DNA from: Isurus oxyrinchus
Taxonomy: Eukaryota
DNA length: 64,000 nucleotides
Assembly: GCA_026770705.1 (NCBI GenBank)
Contig: JANJGN010000012.1
Span: forward strand, 108,810,001 to 108,874,000
Reading direction: 5' to 3'
Positions within the stretch are counted from its first letter, which is position 1. The number at the start of each line of letters is the position of its first letter. The position numbers and the translations under genes were made by a program. This document shows positions 1 through 11,312 of the stretch, in pieces. The notes under the pieces were generated by a model. That model made no database searches, had not been told where the DNA came from, and worked only from the letters and a program-made list of their open reading frames with translations.

Positions 1-321
1 TAACACCTATGTGTTCTTTTGTACCATTGTCGCTGACATCTTTTGATGATCTGTTTCTATCACTGCTTGTTTGTCTACACAAGCACCTCTCTCTCTCTCT
101 CTCTATCTCTCCGCCCCCCCCCCCCCCACACACACCTTAAACCAGCTTATATTTCAACTCTTTCTTGGACTCGAAATCAAGTTCTGTCGAAGGGTCATGA
201 GGACTCGAAACGTCAACTCTTTTCTTCTCCGCCGATGCTGCCAGACCTGCTGAGTTTTTCCAGGTAATTCTGTTTTTGTTTTGGATTTCCAGCATCCGCA
301 GTTTTGTTTTGTCTTTATCTC
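1..321 (+). mobile_element. Penelope-like element (PLE) 3' UTR/pLTR fragment, truncated by the window start
   Basis: Near-identical to 35660-35970 and to both arms at 45945-46323; contains a hammerhead motif; ends in the same tail (...ggatttccagcatccgcagttttgttttgtctttatctc). Confidence 0.85.
180..218 (+). ncRNA. Minimal type I hammerhead ribozyme motif (CUGUCGA core variant)
   Basis: AGTT-CTGTCGA-A-GGGTC-atgag-GACTC-GAAA-C-GTC-AACT: stem I AGTT/AACT, stem II GGGTC/GACTC, palindromic ACGT in place of stem III. Confidence 0.7.
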
Positions 322-959
322 AGGTCAGATAGTGTTGCACATGTGACATACACCGGTATTGCTGCTGAACACAGGGAAATTGAAATTTGCCTCAGACAGT
401 AGAAGAGCTGCTGTTGTCTGGGGCCATTTGGTTCTGACAATGGCCTTCTCCATTTCTTAATCAGATGACATGATGGTGGTTATCCTGTGTCATTGTTGTG
501 ATGTCTTAAATTCCAGTCTTTCTAATAGTATCGGTTCTGTTGTAGGCGGCACTATGATTGTAACATAATTAGAATAGTATATAGACTGCTTGAAGCTCTG
601 CATCATTGGAGAAGTCTCTTGGTTTACCAGTAGAGATTGTCTCCCCACCAGTGTAAAAAATAAAGGCTACTTGACGTTTGAACAAAAGACCCTGTGATGG
701 GTGTTGGTTTAAAATATTCCACAACAACTATCATAATGGGAGGCCTGTAAATTCACAGTTTGATTGACAGCTTCAAGTGCTTAAACAGAGATTAGCCATC
801 ATTCATGCAGGGCTTTGAATACAAATGTTTGTTTTTTTATAAGGGATAAAGTACTTGAAGTGATTTAAATGTATTGAGTGGGCTTTTATCAATGAGTTTT
901 TTTTTTAATATTGTGAAGTCTGTAATAGATACTTAGAACTTCATTTTATTTAATCTCGC

Positions 960-1504
960 ATGGGTCCTGAGTTCTGCCCATGGTGGATACTAGGTGAGTT
1001 GGCATGGAGGATGTAATGGCAAAGGGTGATGTGTAGGTTGGCATAAATTGGCATAGGGATTATAAGGGGCCATGGGGATGTGGGGAATGAGTTAGCATGG
1101 AGGAAGGGCCAACGGGGGTGGTTAGGTTAGCATGGAGGGTATATGGGGCCATGAGGGCTGGGTGGGGCATGAGATGTCATGAGTAGGCATGGGGAGTGTG
1201 GGGGGTGAGGGCGTGTGAAGAGTGACAGCTAGAGGGCCTTACTGTTTTTATTATGACTGGGACAAAGCCCCAGAGGCACTGAGGCAGGCGTTTTAAACAG
1301 CTCGCCTCGGCACTCATCAGCCTCTATAGCTGCCTCCTCAATGTTTCTGGGGGCTGGTCTCAACTGCAGTTAGCACCCGCTGCCCTCGACAGCCACCCCA
1401 AAACAAAAATCCAGTGGTTTGGTGGAGTTTCTCCCGAGTTGGGTTTGGGGAGTTGGGAATTTTCCCGACTCTGCACTCCTGGCTCAGGATCAAAATTTCG
1501 GGCC
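960..1504. mobile_element. Fragment of a non-autonomous Harbinger-type element
   Basis: GGCATGG-rich tract and following sequence resemble 29080-29376; ends in TIR-like aaaatttcgggcc; left boundary approximate. Confidence 0.45.
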
Positions 1505-4500
1505 AGAAAGCCTGCCCACAGTTAAGCCAGCTGCTCTTGCCTTTGTTTTCAGGTGTGAACTACAGTATGCACATTTGAATAGCCTCTCCTGGATCCCTCC
1601 TGTCCCCATGGTAACCAAGCCGCACAGGCTTGTTGTTGGGCAAAAAACATATCAGATCACAGGATCCTCTTCATTCCTCCATTTCATCCTGAGTTAAAGA
1701 GACAGCCCAAAACATAAGCACCTTATAATGCCTTGCATTCATGATACATCTGGCAGGATTCATATGGCCCAATTTGCCTACATGTCATGACCCCTGTCCG
1801 CTGCTGATTGAATACCAGTAGTGACAGGATGAAGCCCTTAAGTGGCCACCTTTGGGCAGGTAGTGTTGAGGACTTAACTGGGGAGAGTCGAGAAGGTGAT
1901 GGGGTCTCCACCCTGTACCTTCTCGCTCCATAATAGAGCCACAGCCCCCTCACCTCCCCCCGCCCCCTGAGAGTTAAATTCTACCCAACCTCTCTGAGAC
2001 TAAACATTTTACTTTATAAGTGTGCAATCTTATTCCTTGGAAATTTAATTATTGTTGGAGATTATTTTAAATTTTCTTTCTGTCTCTTATATCTCCTTTA
2101 TCTCTCTATTTTAATCCTGTCTTCCTTTCCCTCACTTTATTTATCTTTCTATGCATGCTTTTACAGTAAATTAAATGTTTTAGTTTATAATTCCTGGTTT
2201 AGACTGCATGTCTCAGTGAGGATTCCTGAATCTGACTGATTTAAGAGTCCTGCTCATACAGGCCACAGATTATCTGCAGAGGACACCAGGCTGGATCGGA
2301 CATCCGGGGAAAGCAAGTTACTGCTCAAAAGCTTGTGAAATGTCTGTAGGCAGCTGTTAGTGTAATGAATAGTGTAGTGAGTACCTTCACCACTGACCTC
2401 AATATCCGGACCAATGTCACCACAAATTCATCCTTATAAGTTGTACAGTATTAATCAGCACATAGTGAACCAAAGTTGTGTCAAATTATGGACTATTTAG
2501 CCACCTTAATTAAAATGCAATCTGGTCTGAGACAAACCCAACTTGCCTTCCAATGCTAGAATGTTACAGTATTGTTGTTCACTCACTTGTCTAATCAGTG
2601 GACAACAATAATTGCACAACAACAAGAATTGGCATCTTCCCAAGTTTTCTGATTTTTAAAAAATTTATTTGTTTGAATTTGTTCTTATTGACATAGTGCT
2701 TATCGTTTTTGCTAGTGTGGTTATGAGGGGAGTGCCCATAAGCATGTAGCTAGGACAAGTGATTACCTGGTACCATAAGCCTACTTGTGGTTTGCATGGT
2801 TTACTCTTTGCTACAATTAAGTCAATTAGATTTAGCACTCCATGCACGAAAGAGATAGAAAACAGTTTCCTCTGTTGAGGAAAATGGTGATGTTTTCTTT
2901 TCTCCTGCAGTTTTTTCTCTTACTAAAGGTTGTGACTCTTGCACCTTTCTGATTCCTAACCAAGTAGTCAATATTTTTCCATGAACCTAAACTATGAAAT
3001 TTTTAGGCTGTTCAACCACAAGGAAGATCACAGACAAACCCGAATTTTGTCCTTGAATGTGCACTCTTAGCAGTGGTTATTTGGTAAAGATCTGGAATGG
3101 GCATATTTTGGCAATTTTTGACCATTTTTAATACAGAATGTATTTGAAAATTCATTACATTGCATTTTAAATTGAAGATGTTTCACAGGTTTAGAAATCT
3201 CCTTACAGTCAATGTTCTAGAAGCTGAGATAAGGAGGAGTTTGTGTTATTTTACTGCCCAATTTTTGCTGTTAAGGCATGAAGCCAGATTTTTGTGGAGT
3301 TGGGTGCACTCTGGAGGCCTTTAAAAATGGTGGGCAGGGCCCGATTCCAGGATTTCAACCCCCATTCCTGGTGCAGAATAAGGGTGTGGGTGGTGAGCCT
3401 GCACCCTGCACTCCCAACCTGACTGGTTCCAGTGTGGGGGTGGGCATTTCATATCAGCCACAATTTTCATGAAGTCAGGCCAGCTTCTCGCAGACTCGTG
3501 GTTCAGGGTGCATCAGAGCAGTCATGAACCATAGTCCAGATTCGGTAACCTTCTGAAAGATATGCTTAAAAGGTCTTACCCATGACCCCTCCATGCACCC
3601 CATGAGGCCATCTGGGGAAACAGATGTCTGACTATTCCCAGATGGCCTCATTATGAATGCTTGTCTGAGCTCCAAGTCTCACTAAAGGATGAGCTCATCA
3701 GGGGTCAATTTAGGCAGGTGGAAGGGGAGTGTTTACTTTGATTGATTGACATCACTATGAGATTATAATAAGTTATTCTTTCTTTAATCTGCTTTTTCAA
3801 TGTAAGTTTATTTGGACACAATTAAGAGGTGTGAAGTGAGGGAAAGCTTCTGTTATTGATACCATAATGGCTCTTTCTGATTGACATTTTTATAGGGTTG
3901 TGAAAGCAGTAGTTTTTTCAAAGCAGATTTCTGAATGGGTGTTTTTCTCATGATCATTTCAAAAATTGCCACTGTTATTATATTGGTCATTGCTTCTGTT
4001 CATATTGCATACTGGATGAATGGGCATGGAGGGGGCAAGGGGAGCATAGAGAAGGCATGGGGAGTGGGTGGGGTGGATGAGGGAGTGTGAGGGCTGAGGG
4101 CCAGGGGGCCTAACAACTGGGCTAAAGCCCCAGAGAACCAAGGCAGACCTTCTAACCAGTCCTCATCAGCACTTGCCCACCTCCACGGCCACATTTGACC
4201 TGCTTCTGGGGTTGGCAGGCCTGACTTGATGCTGCCTCCGCTTCCTTGGAGGGAAAATAGTGGTGGTGGACATTTCTATGGCGACAGGTCTGCCAAGTTA
4301 GGAAATTTCCTGACTTGAGCTTCCTGCTTCATTAGTAGTGATATGATTCCCGCCATATTTGTGCTGAATCAGAATTACACCAGTATTAAATGGATTTTCT
4401 AAGTTCTACCTTTAATGAATGGCAAGTTTCCCAAAAAGCCAAGGAGCCACAATGTCATTTTAGTTCACTTAATGTATTCCCTTGGTTAACACCAGCACAT

Positions 4501-5077
4501 AAATCAGCATTCTTTCAATGTGCAACTCTATTGCAATGACACCAGCATACAATTGAATGCTTGTTTTTCTGGCAATTGTCAGATGATATATTAACCATTG
4601 AACCAAATCTGTTTTTTCTCCTAAGTGCTTTCTGAGTGGTAATATTACATCAACTCACTACTATCTTGCTACAGGAGTCTCTTTGGGCTAAAGTGATATG
4701 AACAGGCTGTATTTCTTGTGCAGCTGCATATGCCCTGTTTGCTTTCAGATACGTGTAGGCAGTGGAAGGGAGAGTACATGCCCCACATATGCTGTTATTT
4801 TGAGAGAGAGCAGTATCCATGCCCATTCCTGGCATGCCACTACTTTTGGGTATTGCCTCTTCATGGAAAGCAGATACCAATGATACTTCTTCTTTCAGCT
4901 TCTTCTTTCATTTTACTTGGGGTCATCTCAATACTGGTTGATCATCCTTCTTAGGGATTTTCCATACCCACCCACCGCCACGATCTTCTGGTCCAGCTGC
5001 AAGTCAATGGACTTCTGGCTGGGGTGCCAGCTCACCTGCAGCAAGTCCCACCCTCGACATTCCACCCGGAAAATCCC

Positions 5078-5555
5078 AGCCTTCATCTCCTCCTGTCAGT
5101 CACCCATTCATCTTCCAATCCCATTGTGTTTAAGTTTCTCACCACCGCATCTTTCCATCTGGTCTTAGGCCTTCCTCTTCTCCTTCTTCCTGGCAGTCCC
5201 ATTTCCATGACTCGCTTCATCACATTTCCTCTCTCTCTTCACAACACATGACCATATCAGTTTGATCTCTTCCTGGCTACTTTCTTCAATGCTTCACTGA
5301 CCCTCCTGATGTATTTGTTCCAGATGTTCTCCTTTTTCATTAGCCCACACATCCATCTCAGCATCTACGTCTCATTAGTATCCAATCATTGTTCTTCTCT
5401 TCTTGATGTTACCCAAGTTTCTTCACTATTTAGCAAGGTTGGTCTTATAGATTCTTCCTTTCAGTTTCAGCGATACTTTTCTGTCATACAACATTCCACT
5501 GCACTTCTTCCAATTACTCCAGCCAGAGTTAAACCGTTGCTTAATTTCCATTTCC
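5078..5555 (-). mobile_element. RTE-clade LINE, degenerate ORF C-terminus
   Basis: Minus-strand translation with stops and shifts: EIKQRFNSGWSNWKKCSGMLYDRKVSLKLKGRIYKT...MLRWMCG...YGHV...GRRRRGRPKTRWKD, typical RTE C-terminal motifs. Confidence 0.8.
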
Positions 5556-5675
5556 AACACACAGCCACTGGCGCAAGCAAGTCAGCCTGTGACAGTGCCG
5601 GTCCCAAGGCCAGATGATAAGGAAAAGGTTAGCGGCAAGAAGAGCATCCGGCTGTAAAACTACCTGCCAAATCCA
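5556..5675 (+). ncRNA. Degenerate twister-like motif / RTE 5' UTR fragment
   Basis: GCCGGTCCCAAGgCCaGAT...GGTTAGCGG...GCATCCGGCTGTAAAAC...CCTGCC resembles the twister P4/L4 signature GCCGGUCCCAAGCCCGGA and RTE leaders. Confidence 0.5.
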
Positions 5676-6359
5676 AGCGCTGGTTGAAATGATGGCTGAT
5701 ATGAATTATACTATTGAGATGAATGCAACTGTGTAAGGTACTTAACTGCAAGCCAACTCCACTTGTTTAGAGGTTGGATGAGATAGCTTCTTCAACTCTG
5801 GAATCTCAGGCCTCTATTGGAGTAGTGTGAGCCATGGAGGACAAGCAAATAGTTCCTTATCTTTGTAATGGAGGCTTCCACTGCAGATGTCTCTGGAGCT
5901 GCCATATATTCCAGACAGACAGAGTGAGTGATGGTATGTGCTATGAAATGCTGGTCAAACCCAACACAGCGGGAAGGTGGTAGTTTTTGATTGGGGTCAT
6001 CTAGAGTAAGAGAAGAAATTAAATACCATTTTGAGAAGAAAGGATTCACATAATTCAGTGGAAGGCATGAATATTTCATGAAGATTTTCTGACTGTTAAA
6101 GTGGAATATAGTAGAATTGGACAAGCAGAATGTCATCACAAACATACCAATAGCATTTACCCTCCAATTTTCCCGTGTTCACCTTCCACAGCTTCCATTC
6201 ACAGGATCTACAATGTTTCCTCTTCATTGCAGGTGAACATCATAGTTGGAGATCTGTACACTTGTCGCCAATCTTTCCAGGCTGTTATTGTCATTCAAAA
6301 TGCTGAAAGTAATAACTAATTCAATTGCCGTTGGATGCAATGAAACCCAGATTAAATGA

Positions 6360-6616
6360 AAACCCATAGGAACACCATCGCCTGCAAATTCCATTCCAAG
6401 CCACACACCATCCTGACTTGGAACTACATAGCCATTCCTTCGCAGTCACTGGGCCAAAATCCAATTCCTAACAGCCCACTGGGTGTTCTACAACACATGG
6501 ACTGCAGCAATTCAAGAAGGCAGCTCACCATCACTTTCTCAAGGGCAATTAAGGATGGGCAATAAATACTAGCTTAGCTAGAGATGCCTACATCCCATGA
6601 ATGAATATTAAAAAAA
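6360..6616 (+). mobile_element. 3' end of a CR1/L2-group LINE (here called family B)
   Basis: Tail ...ctcaagggcaattaaggatgggcaataaa...catcccatgaatgaat-A-rich, shared with 40020-40436, 41385-42637 and 55468-55963. Confidence 0.8.
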
Positions 6617-7728
6617 TATCCTGCAACCCACAATGGGGAAGTTCAGTGGTACATGACCAAACCATTAGTTCTATGTAAGGCTTTTAGAAGCATGTTTCCA
6701 TGAAGGTTGTGAATGAAAGAACATTTCCAGGGGATGTAAAAAGCATCTACTTTTTTCTTGGCATTTATCATGATTAATTCAAACACATTAACAGAGACTG
6801 GGACAGCAAGAAATGCTTAGTTCAGGTCATTCTTAGAAGATGTGGAGGATTTCAATTGAATTGCCTACACTAGCAAGGTCATTAAAACATTTTGTGGTAA
6901 GGAATTACCATGCATGAGTGATCCTAGTGGTCACCTCCTGCTACCGCTGCTGTTTGGCATTCCTTGGCCGCTTACATAATTCCTGACTTTATGTAGAAGC
7001 ACTTCTACAGATAATCTGGAAAGTTAGGAATTCTGCACTCCTGCAGCACTGACAGAAATTCCCTTATTTGAAAAATATTTTGCCAGTTGTATAAAATAAA
7101 TTGAAGTCTGGTGACCCCAGTAACCTTTTAAATTATACAGCAGCACTCTAGCTTCCCACCCCAAGTGCTGAACTCCCAATGAGTCACACTCATAGCATGG
7201 GGAGCTCAGCAATAGGATTAAAATTAGGTGAACTCAAGGGACTGCACCAGGATAAGCACAATTCTTGCCTGCAGGGCATGAATCACATTCTGTCACGCTT
7301 AGGTTTGCACTTTTGCAGGGAGAAAATTTCAACCTGGCTGAGAATAGCTAACAGCACAGGCTTGAGAGCTGAGAATGTCATACGTGTATACGTCGCTAGT
7401 CACTATCCTGTGACTCCCTGCTGGGAGTGCATGTGCTTGGATGTAAACTCTGCTACCTTGGAGCTCAAAAGTTTGAAGATAATTACTCTTGAGGCCCATG
7501 CATGAAGAACAGCTGCTTGGGTGAAGTGTAGGAGGATGACTGGTGTCCACAGAACCACAGCCCGGGTAACGTGACATCTTCAGGTGGAGACAATAAGATA
7601 CAAAACTTAAGAAATCAAAGGCGAAAATATGTTAACCAATGTTAACAACTTCACTGAAATAAATAACCATGGCGAAATAACAAACAGAAAATAAATTTAG
7701 TACAGGAACATGAGTTACCTGAAACCAT

Positions 7729-9058
7729 GGGTGGAATCGTCCACTCCAGTTTACAGCAAGTGTCGTAGCGGGCATGAGCGGAAAATATCAGGAGATCACA
7801 AAAATCGGTTTCATGTTATCGTATCACCTGTTTGAGATCGTCTGCTCCACCGGTCAATGGCAGGCTGTGTTTCCCACCACCGCATGTCAGGAACCTAATT
7901 CTAATACTTTAGCATCTCATTATAAGCCCTGCTCGCCAGAATCATCCCCCCCCCCCCACGCTGGATCATCCAGACATATGTTTCACAACTATCCATAAGC
8001 GACGTGCACCTGGTGAGCTGCACTTTGCTTGGGATTTTGAGGCTTGTTTGCCTACATTGCTTCAGGCAGCACTCACAGTCATCAGCACCAGGCTTAACAG
8101 GCAGCACCGCATCACTTTTAGGAGGGCTCACAAGCAGGTTTCTACCTACCAGACCAGCTGTAAGGCATGTGTGGCTTTCCAATGGCTGCAGGGCTAGGGC
8201 TTTCTTGGGGAAGGGGGAGAAGTGGCCTCAGGCAAGGGAAGAGGCTGCAGGATGAGAGCTGTACTGAGGAAGGAGGGTAACCTAAGGTGTGTGTAGGGGC
8301 ACATGTTGATCTGTGCAAGTGACCTCAAGATGGTGAGTGCTAAGGAGGCAGTCTCCAGAGGAGATGAGGCCAGATGGAGATGTGAAGGTGTGTGTGAGAG
8401 AGTGCGTGGTGATGTCCCTTAAGCTGGCAGTGGGTGAGATGCCAGTGAATGTGTGATGGTCTTGTGACTATGTGAGTTTGGAGTGATGAAATAATTGCTT
8501 TATCCTAAGAGCATAAGATATAGGAGCAGAAAATAGGCCATTCGGCCCATCGAAGCTTCTCTGCCATTCAATCATGGCTGCACAGATAAGATCATTCATC
8601 CTCTTTCTACACTGAATGGCCAACCTCTCTGTGCAGCACTGGCATTGGCCACCACTGCCACCGCTTCTCAAGCCAGAGTGGTGAGATTGCTGGACCTCCT
8701 GTGACCAGAACTGGGTTGGAGGACTTCACGGCAGCCTCTAAAAGACATTCCAGTGACAGGACACTGGATTGTTCCTGGTTTTCAGGGCCACGTCTTCACT
8801 AGAGCAGCCCTGAGCTCCAAGAATTGAGAACTGTGTGGGCAGCTGCAATTTAGGTATGGCACCCAGAGTGAGGAAAGGGTGAAGTAACAGCTTGGCGGGT
8901 GATTCAGAGGCTGCCGCCAGCGAGATGCTGTGTTTTCTCTGGCTGCATAATTAATGAGGCAGGAAGTGGATGATATGGCATGAAAACCCGTCATTGCAGC
9001 TGGTGGGTAAAACCTCGTTTCTCACAGCCACTACCGCAACTCTGGGATGACTCCACCC
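7729..9058 (-). mobile_element. Internally deleted PIF/Harbinger element with Myb/SANT relic
   Basis: Imperfect TIRs gggtggaatcgtcc / ggatgactccaccc; minus-strand QCRKRMNDL motif at ~8590-8620; small CR1 tail inserted at ~8506-8590. Confidence 0.6.
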
Positions 9059-10125
9059 TCTGTATGTGCATGCTGCTGAAAGAGAATCAGAATCTAATAG
9101 CCTAAGCCTTCAAATATATTGGTGGAGCAATGAAACTTCAAGCTAAATCAATCACAAATTAAGATTTAAAATTGGAAATGTCTGACAAGGAATTATAATT
9201 TCAAAGCTTACTAACAGTAAGAAGCCATATGTCAGTACTCTACATGTGTGGGCACTCATTAGCACAGAAAAGGCTTAAATCTTCCAACTGTTTCCAAAAT
9301 ATAATGAAAGAGGCAATGTTTAGTTCCATTTTAGCGAACTGATATACGGTGCCAAAAAGCGAGAGGATTTAGCTCCAAATTCTTACATTCTTCTCAGTTC
9401 CTCTTTTGAGTTGCACAGTGCAGTGAGGCATCACATGGAGACCAGACATTTGACTGTTGGAAGAGGGAGATTAGATGAGGAGCTCCTGTTGAGTGTTTCC
9501 TGGCAACCAGAGGAGCAGTAATGTTGATTTGGGTGCAGTCCATTACTTCTGGCCACCAAGCCCTTGGCAAGAAAACAAATGGTGTGGGAGGGCTTATGAT
9601 GAAGAAAAATATCTAAGACTAGATGTCCTTCATTAGAGCACTCATTAAAGAGTTTCCCATTTGCTTTGTAGTTTGTCAAACAGCTAGTAACATAATTATA
9701 ATCTCCTTAGGAAATTCAACCAGCAACCATGCCATCGGCTAACACCAACATAATTTTTTTTTTGCAACTGTCTTCACAGTATATAATCACAGATCAGTTA
9801 CAAGGTCTCTCTTACCAGTTTGTTTTACCTTTCTGTTCACGAGTCATCCACAGGCCACAATAGAAAATCTTTTGAGTTTTGATTGCCATTTTTAATTCAT
9901 TTTCATTATATTCAACATATTTTTGTAATAAGAGAGTTCCTTGTGTTGTGTTACAAATGCTTTTTTAAACTCCATGAGGTAAATTTCAACCTTCGGGGGT
10001 GTAGAAAACTAGCATTATTGAACTATGCACCTGTTATTCATCCCACCTGATTTGCATCTCTGCTAATTGCTCAGATACCACCAGTTTTCTACCCATTTTA
10101 ATTAGCCCTGTATATTATTCAGCCA

Positions 10126-11312
10126 TCTCAGCCATGGCTCAATGGATAGTACTTGGCCTAAATAGCCAAGTGGTTATGGTACTGGGTTTGTAACCCCAAG
10201 ATCGAGAGTTCAGATCTCACAATGGCAAACTATGAAACAATGTAACTTCATCTGAAACAGATGGAAACGGGTTTGTGCTCAAAAGAGTATCAAGAGTTCA
10301 AATCTCACAATGGCAAACTATGAAACAATGTAACTTCATCTGAAACAGATGGAAACGGATTTGTACTCAAAAGAGTTCCACATTCTTTGGCTTGACTTGA
10401 ATAGCCAAGTGGTTATGGTACTGGGTTTGTAACCCCAAGATCAAGAGTTCAAATCTCACAATGGCAAACTATGAAACAATGTAACTTCATCTGAAACAGA
10501 TGGAAACGGATTTGTACTCAAAAGAGTTCCACATTCTTTGGCTTGACTTGAATAGCCAAGTGGTTATGGTACTGGGTTTGTAACCCCAAGATCAAGAGTT
10601 CAAATCTCACAATGGCAAAACTATGAAACAATGTAACTTCATCTGAAACAGATGGAAACGGGTTTGTGCTCGAAAGAGTATCAAGAGTTCAAATCTCACA
10701 ATGGCAAACTATGCAACAATGTAACTTCATCTGAAACAGATGGAAACGGGTTTGTGCTCGAAAGCGTATCAAGAGTTCCAATCTCACCACGGCAAAACTA
10801 TCAAGAGTTCAAATCTCACAATGGCAAACTATGAAACAATGTAACTTCATCTGAAACAGATGGAAACGTGTTTGTACTCGAAAGAGTTACTTTCATCTGA
10901 GTCAGGAGGTTTTGGGTTCAAGTCCTACTTCTGCACAAAAATCAAGGCTGACCCACCAGTACAGTACTAAAGGGTGCTGCATTGTCAAAGATGCCATCTG
11001 TTAGATGAGACATTAAACCTCGGCCCCAACTGTCCTGTTAGGTAGACTTAAAATATCCCATGGCACTGTTTCGAAGAAACGTAGGAGAATTATCCCCAGT
11101 GTTCTGGCTAATATTTATCCCCCAAGTAACATCGCAAAAACAGATTATCTGGTCATTATCACATTGCTGTTTGCGTGAGCTAGTTGTTGCAAATTGGCTG
11201 CTGAGTTTCCTATAACACATCAGTGTCGACACTTCAAACGTACTTATTTGGCTGTAAAGCACTTTGGGACATCCTAAAGTTAAGAAAAGTGCCACATAAA
11301 TGCATGTTCTTT
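10126..11312 (+). mobile_element. DeuSINE (SacSINE1/AmnSINE-like) interrupted at 10155-10888
   Basis: tRNA-like head split by the insertion (tagtactt|tcatctgagtcaggaggttttgggttcaagtcc); Deu-like core gtgctgcattgtcaaagatgccatctgttagatgagacattaaac...tcccatggcactg; tail ...ataaatgcatgttctttt. Confidence 0.75.
10155..10888 (+). repeat. Modular tandem array of a tRNA-Thr(TGT)-derived unit (39-, 88- and 24-bp modules; 151-bp full unit)
   Basis: Order A-B-B-C-A-B-C-A-B-B-b-B; A box TAGCCAAGTGG, loop TT-TGT-AA, B box GTTCAAATC; flanked by (T)ACTT on both sides. Confidence 0.9.

Noticed and set aside
4650-4880. 76-aa minus ORF as a possible last DEPTOR exon
   Set aside because: No similarity to the expected PDZ C-terminal half; that exon was not found in 1-12985
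9323-9363. Minus-strand resemblance to the U6 snRNA 5' end (ctcgctt...ggca...ctaaaatggaac)
   Set aside because: About 40 nt, needs gaps, lacks the ACAGAGA box; may be chance
10225-10290. Ribozyme inside module B (several GAAAC motifs)
   Set aside because: No CUGANGA core in the correct order on either strand and no twister or HDV signature seen by eye
10155-10888. CRISPR array or functional tRNA gene cluster
   Set aside because: No unique spacers and a eukaryotic context; acceptor and T stems do not pair properly, so the units are tRNA-derived rather than tRNAs
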